Shown here in pieces: positions 59,331 through 64,000 of a DNA stretch of 64,000 nucleotides (position 1 is its first letter; every line of letters starts with the position of its first letter). The stretch covers positions 160,001 through 224,000 of the forward strand of contig JAWCCZ010000004.1 in the NCBI GenBank assembly GCA_038861545.1, written 5' to 3'. Below the pieces are notes generated by a model. That model saw only the letters and a program-made list of their open reading frames with translations. It was not told the origin of the DNA and searched no databases. The translations under genes were made by a program, and so were the position numbers. This DNA is from Thermofilaceae archaeon (GTDB taxonomy: Archaea > Thermoproteota > Thermoprotei > Thermofilales > Thermofilaceae).

Positions 59331-60617
59331 TCAAGGGTAAGCTCGTCTTATAGTGCGGGGGAAAGGTACAGCGTCGATAATGTTATCGAGACCAGCTATC
59401 CACATAACTGTTCGATCTACACCAAGACCGAAGCCGGCATGCTGTACTGATCCGTACTTTCTCAAATCTAAGTACCATTCATAATCTTCTGGGTTTAAAC
59501 CAAACCGTTTTATTTTATCTACTAGCTCATCTAATCCTTCAATCCTTTCACCCCCACCGATAATTTCCCCGTAACCCTCTGGTGCTAGAAGATCGACGGA
59601 TAGTGTAACTTCAGGTCTTAAAGGATCATTTTTATGGTAGAAAGCCTTGATTTTCTCTGGGTAACGGCATATAAAAACTGGTTTATCGAACTCTTCTACC
59701 AGTACACGCTCTTCATCGGCCCCCAAATCATCCCCCCATTTTATATTCACACCTTTTCCTTCAAGAATTTCTATAGCCTCATCGTAGCTTATTCTATAAA
59801 ACGGTGGTTTACATATTTCTAACTGTTCAATTTTTCTCCCTAAAAGTTTTAATTCATCCTGGTTATCTTCAAGAACTTTTTGCACTATATATCCTATAAG
59901 CTCTTCTTCTATTCTAATTATTTCTTCGAACCCAGTCCATGCAACCTCGGCTTCGCAGTGCCAAAACTCAGTTAAGTGCCTTCTCGTCCTCGACTTTTCG
60001 GCTCTAAAGGATGGAGCTATTGTGTAAACCTTCTCCAAACTGTAAATTAGTGCTTCCAAGTAAAATTGAGACGACTGGGTAAGGTAAACCGTGCTTTCAT
60101 CAACATATTTAACTGGGAAAAGTGTTGCCCCGCCTTCTACAGCGGCAGTTACGAACATCGGGCATTGCACTTCATAGTAGCCATGCTTCCTAAAGTATTT
60201 ATGAAGCGCGCCGAATACTGTATGCCTAATCTTTAACGCGGCAGTCATCCTTCTACTCCTAACCCAAAGATGTCTAACGTTCATCAGGTATTCCCTTGAA
60301 TAGTCTTTCGTTATCGGGAAGCTTTTTGATGTTCCAACAAGCCTAAAAGATTTAGCTTCTAACTCTTTACCGCCGGGAGCTCGTGGATCGCTTCTCAAAG
60401 ATCCATTTACCAGGACCGAAGCTTCTATATCCGCTTTTCGGGCTTCATCAGCTATATCGTTCTTGAAAACGACTTGAAGAACACCAGTTGAATCCCTAAT
60501 TAACATGAAAACTTTATCGCGAAGATCTCTGAAGCGGTATACCCATCCCCTAACAGAGACATTTGAACCATCATCCATCACAAGGGTTTCCCTAATACTC
60601 TTGCAGTAGTCTTCCAT
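59331..60617 (-). CDS. asnS: Asparagine-tRNA ligase
   Basis: EGGATLF, YLTQSSQFYLE, AEKSRTRRHLTEF, EIIGGGERI, GFGLGVDR. Confidence 0.92.
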   Translation of the reverse strand: MEDYCKSIRETLVMDDGSNVSVRGWVYRFRDLRDKVFMLIRDSTGVLQVVFKNDIADEARKADIEASVLVNGSLRSDPRAPGGKELEAKSFRLVGTSKSFPITKDYSREYLMNVRHLWVRSRRMTAALKIRHTVFGALHKYFRKHGYYEVQCPMFVTAAVEGGATLFPVKYVDESTVYLTQSSQFYLEALIYSLEKVYTIAPSFRAEKSRTRRHLTEFWHCEAEVAWTGFEEIIRIEEELIGYIVQKVLEDNQDELKLLGRKIEQLEICKPPFYRISYDEAIEILEGKGVNIKWGDDLGADEERVLVEEFDKPVFICRYPEKIKAFYHKNDPLRPEVTLSVDLLAPEGYGEIIGGGERIEGLDELVDKIKRFGLNPEDYEWYLDLRKYGSVQHAGFGLGVDRTVMWIAGLDNIIDAVPFPRTIRRAYP

Positions 60618-60716
60618 ACTCAAAGCAGGGTTAATACCACAACTATATCTTTTGTGTCCTAGGTCTCCCTGCTGCGACACAAAATTTAATAGGGTAAACT
60701 TACCTGCGGTGGCGGG

Positions 60717-61034
60717 ATGAGTATGGAATACGTGTATGCAAGTTTACTGCTACACTATGCTAAAAAACCAATAACGGAAGATGCGCTACGCAGAATACTT
60801 GAAGCTGCTGGGATAACAGCGGATGAAGTAAGAGTAAAAGCCGTTGTAGCAGCTTTAAGCGGAGTAAATATTGATGAAGCTATAAAAAGTGCTAGTTTTA
60901 TAGCTCCAGCTGTTCCAGCCGCGGCTCCTGCTTCCGTGCCTGAATCGGCACAGGCTCCTGCAGCCGAAGAAGAAAAGAAAGAAGAAAAAAAGGAGGAAGA
61001 AGCTATAGAGGGATTAGCCGCTCTGTTCGGATAA
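60717..61034 (+). CDS. rpl12: Archaeal ribosomal stalk protein L12 (P1/P2-type)
   Basis: [11 protein letters not shown], Ala/Pro hinge, EEEKKEE...GLAALFG. Confidence 0.96.
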   Translation: MSMEYVYASLLLHYAKKPITEDALRRILEAAGITADEVRVKAVVAALSGVNIDEAIKSASFIAPAVPAAAPASVPESAQAPAAEEEKKEEKKEEEAIEGLAALFG

Positions 61035-61763
61035 GATACGTAAACGATTTTCCAGCTCGCGCGGGTTATCAGTATACAACCTTATTCTCCCGGTAGATCC
61101 GCCTGCTGCTGGTATAGACCTTAACTTTATCTCTACATAGCGTCTCCGAGCATCAACTTTCATTTCCTCCACCTTCAATGGCGCTTTTAAGGGAATCCTA
61201 TCCTCCAGAATTAACCCTTTATCGGTTAACATATAATAGGCTGGTACCTCCAGCTTTCCACCCATTTTCTGTAAACTCTTGTTGATCACATAGTTAGTTA
61301 AGTAAGAGACCGTCATGAACGTGCCATACAGTGCTGTGAAGGCAGCAAAAAGTTGTAATCTTTGATTTTGAAAGAAGCTGAAGAAAACATCGCTCAAGCT
61401 TGTAACTAGTGTATCCCTTAACCCAGGTACTATGAAAACAAAGAGCAACGCAAATAGCACCAACGGTTGAATTATAAGTGGTTTAGCCTGTTTACTCAGT
61501 TCTTTCTCCAGCTCGCGATCTCTAGCTCTAAGTCGTGTTGCCTCTTCCTTGCTAATAGTTAACAGAGGCTTACCACTCTTGACAAACTCAGCATCGCGTA
61601 GGAGAGTTGCGGCACTTCGACCAGCTATGGCTGTGGTAACTATCAGCATGGCAACCATGTAAATTATAAAGAACCAAGATGAGAACTCGGGGTGATTCGA
61701 AGAAACGTAGGAGAATGCCACTAGCAATGCAAGCGAGATTAAAGCATTTATCCACGTTTTCAT
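61014..61763 (-). CDS. DUF2208-like crenarchaeal membrane protein
   Basis: 4 TM helices, D.EL..E, Y..TDKGL, RRYVEI. Confidence 0.65.
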   Translation of the reverse strand: MKTWINALISLALLVAFSYVSSNHPEFSSWFFIIYMVAMLIVTTAIAGRSAATLLRDAEFVKSGKPLLTISKEEATRLRARDRELEKELSKQAKPLIIQPLVLFALLFVFIVPGLRDTLVTSLSDVFFSFFQNQRLQLFAAFTALYGTFMTVSYLTNYVINKSLQKMGGKLEVPAYYMLTDKGLILEDRIPLKAPLKVEEMKVDARRRYVEIKLRSIPAAGGSTGRIRLYTDNPRELENRLRILSEQSG

Positions 61764-61811
61764 ATACAGCAGGTTTACCAGGCTCCTTGAAAAACACTAC
61801 GTTTTAAGGCT

Positions 61812-64000
61812 TTAATCCCAGAACTCTCTAGTCCGCACGTAATCAGCTTCTGCTTTAGCGATTTCTCTAACTAATTCGTCATAATCCTTGCTAAGGCTAA
61901 GCATCCTAGCAGCTACGACAGGCCCCACTCCTCTACCCGCAAGGCAGAATAACGCTTTCTTACCGTAGCTCATAACAAGGATGGCGCTCTTTTGTGCGGA
62001 TTTAACAATTTTCATCTCGCTTTCCGTTAACTTCTCACTTCTCCTCCACTTCTTTAACACTTTAAGGGACTCCTCATCCCACGGGTTTAAAGCTGCAATA
62101 ACCTTGGATCCGCATGAGGGGCATCTGACCTCTTCGCCTACATCGCCTACGATTACTACATTACTCCACTTAAGGCAGTGAAGGCATACCAGTAGAAGCC
62201 TAGATTGTTCCAACCTCTTTCTAACAGATTTCAATATTAAAAGGGGTTCTGAGCCTTTAGCTATCAAGCCAGCTTTGTACGGTTTTTCGAACATGTTTTC
62301 GGTCATGGGAGATGGCGCATTCACTTGAACAGCACAAATTTTCTTTGCACCAACTTTAAGTTCATCGGCCAATTGCTTAAGAATTTTAAGGTCAAAACGT
62401 GTTGTTAATAATTCTTTTATAACTTCCTCCTCAAGCACGCTTCCCTCGAAAACCTCAGCTAGCTTCCTAGCTGGAATCTTGGGAGTACTACCTTTCCTTA
62501 CTACACCCATCCTCTGACACACGTGAAGTATTTTCCAGAGGTATGCACTAGATCCCTTAACAGCGACATGCGCGTTATCAAGTAGGTAGTCGATTCTTTC
62601 AGTTAAGAGTTCGACAAGCCATTCTCCATGAATCCTCTTAGGTGTTATCAGAACTACACGGTACGCATCAAAATAATATTTGGAGGAGATTCCGTAAAGC
62701 TTGGCTAAGGCGAAAGAGAGCAAAAGTCCGAGCAGAGCGTTAGCTTTAGTCCCTATACATGCATGTACTACCAGAAATCTATTGCTGACCTCGATTACAA
62801 TCTCTTTATCGCTTGGAACAACCCCTATAGCTTCTATCTGTTGCTCGACATAGTGTTTTAATGCATCAAGCAAATCTTCATCCACTCCATACTCTGATAC
62901 AAGCCTCCTAAGAGGTTCTGATAGAACTCTCCGCCTGAGTGCGCCAACTTCCCTAGCTACTTTATAAGGAACTGGCAAGTCTTCACCAACCCACGCAGGG
63001 ATAGCGGCTTCCGCTTCGCCCGAGGGGGTGACATACACTTTACACTCGTCTAATGATAGTTTGATGACTTCCCATACTCTACCCCCTAAGATGAACCTCG
63101 ACCCTTCCGCGATCGTTGACGCCGCAAAATCACCGTCGAGTGAGCCGACACGCTTACCCTCAGCTACGTCGACTACGTCGAAAGACTCTACATCAGGTAT
63201 GGTTGAAGCCGCTTCATAGTAATATGAAATACTCCGAGCTCCTTTGAACAGTCTGCCATCGCGAAATCTGAGTACTTTTATTCCCTCTAGGAAAAGGATC
63301 AACTTTTCAAGTTCCTGCATCGTTATGTTCCTGTAAGGGTAAGCCTTACTTACGACTTCGTAAACTTCTTTCAAACTTATACCATCATTTACTAGCAGCA
63401 TCCCTACAACTTGATGAGCCAAAACGTCGTAAGCATTCTCCTCAATTTCTGAGTCCTCTAAATCCCCGTGGGCTGCCCTTCTAGAGATGACTATCGATTC
63501 GGCTAGGTCATCTAAGTCGGAAGCTATTATACACCCCCTAGCTATACCCCCTCGGAAATGGAAGCTTCTGCCAACTCTTTGAATCAGCCTATTTACCTGT
63601 CTCGGAGACATGTACTGGACAACATACTCAATAGAGCCAACATCGATGCCTAGCTCTAAACTAGACGTTGCTATAACACCCTTTAGCTTTCCATTCTTCA
63701 AACCGAGCTCAACCGATATTCGTTCCTCTTTAGATAAGGAGCCGTGATGTACTGCGATAGAGTTTTCGAAAAACCTGCGGAGTTTCACTCCAAGCGCCTC
63801 GGCTGTATCCCGCGTGTTGACGAATATTAGGACATTCCTATGCTTTCCAAAGATTTCGGTCAAGAGCTTCATTTTCTCCTCAGACTCGTAACGAGAATCA
63901 ATGTATGCTACTTCTACCATATATTTGCGTCCTTCTTTGGCTTCAATTATTTCGAAGCCACGGTAACCAGTGAGAAATAATCCAGCAACAATCACATTGT
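61812..64000 (-). CDS. Second Lhr-family helicase with a C-terminal Zn ribbon (5' end outside the window)
   Basis: FVNTRD.AE, HHGSLS, LELGIDVG, QRVGRS.H, CLHC...CPSC; frame open to the window edge. Confidence 0.9.
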   Translation of the reverse strand, partial: NVIVAGLFLTGYRGFEIIEAKEGRKYMVEVAYIDSRYESEEKMKLLTEIFGKHRNVLIFVNTRDTAEALGVKLRRFFENSIAVHHGSLSKEERISVELGLKNGKLKGVIATSSLELGIDVGSIEYVVQYMSPRQVNRLIQRVGRSFHFRGGIARGCIIASDLDDLAESIVISRRAAHGDLEDSEIEENAYDVLAHQVVGMLLVNDGISLKEVYEVVSKAYPYRNITMQELEKLILFLEGIKVLRFRDGRLFKGARSISYYYEAASTIPDVESFDVVDVAEGKRVGSLDGDFAASTIAEGSRFILGGRVWEVIKLSLDECKVYVTPSGEAEAAIPAWVGEDLPVPYKVAREVGALRRRVLSEPLRRLVSEYGVDEDLLDALKHYVEQQIEAIGVVPSDKEIVIEVSNRFLVVHACIGTKANALLGLLLSFALAKLYGISSKYYFDAYRVVLITPKRIHGEWLVELLTERIDYLLDNAHVAVKGSSAYLWKILHVCQRMGVVRKGSTPKIPARKLAEVFEGSVLEEEVIKELLTTRFDLKILKQLADELKVGAKKICAVQVNAPSPMTENMFEKPYKAGLIAKGSEPLLILKSVRKRLEQSRLLLVCLHCLKWSNVVIVGDVGEEVRCPSCGSKVIAALNPWDEESLKVLKKWRRSEKLTESEMKIVKSAQKSAILVMSYGKKALFCLAGRGVGPVVAARMLSLSKDYDELVREIAKAEADYVRTREFWD

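Noticed and set aside
59027-59450. ORFs 59027-59242 and 59091-59450
   Set aside because: Shadows of the tRNA gene
60920-61000. Low-complexity GCT/GAA repeats
   Set aside because: Normal L12 hinge and acidic tail
1-64000. CRISPR arrays, transposases, integrase at tRNA-Thr, inteins and the many antisense ORFs
   Set aside because: No repeat-spacer pattern, mobile-element motifs or tRNA att duplicate seen; RadA and the complete Lhr are normal length; antisense ORFs lie opposite well-supported genes

Overview
Gene-dense core chromosome of a hyperthermophilic crenarchaeon, most consistent with Thermofilaceae/Thermoproteales (inferred from RadA, TIP49, Hjc, AGOG, P1/P2-type L12, an intron-containing tRNA, C/D sRNAs and TATA/BRE promoters). 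It carries about 65 genes: two pyrimidine clusters (pyrK-C-D and pyrF-E-B-I), HypF, ThiI, TtuA, SufCB, ValRS, AsnRS, archaeal mevalonate/isoprenoid enzymes, ADP-forming acetate-CoA ligase, two Lhr helicases and several repair enzymes. I found no CRISPR array, IS element or provirus. The notable signals are mostly missing from the ORF track. (1) Four box C/D guide RNAs, one with two guides matching neighbouring 16S sites including the C1402 equivalent. (2) An unexplained GC-rich structured RNA at about 45871-45960. (3) A ChlI-type AAA+ gene and a membrane-anchored vWA gene joined by a candidate +1 frameshift at UUU-UUU-C. (4) An ASCH-HTH gene broken by an in-frame TGA. (5) tRNA-Thr(CGU) with an atypical BHB intron. 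(6) A JAMM protease paired with a helical/winged-helix protein. All family calls come from motif recognition; no searches were run.
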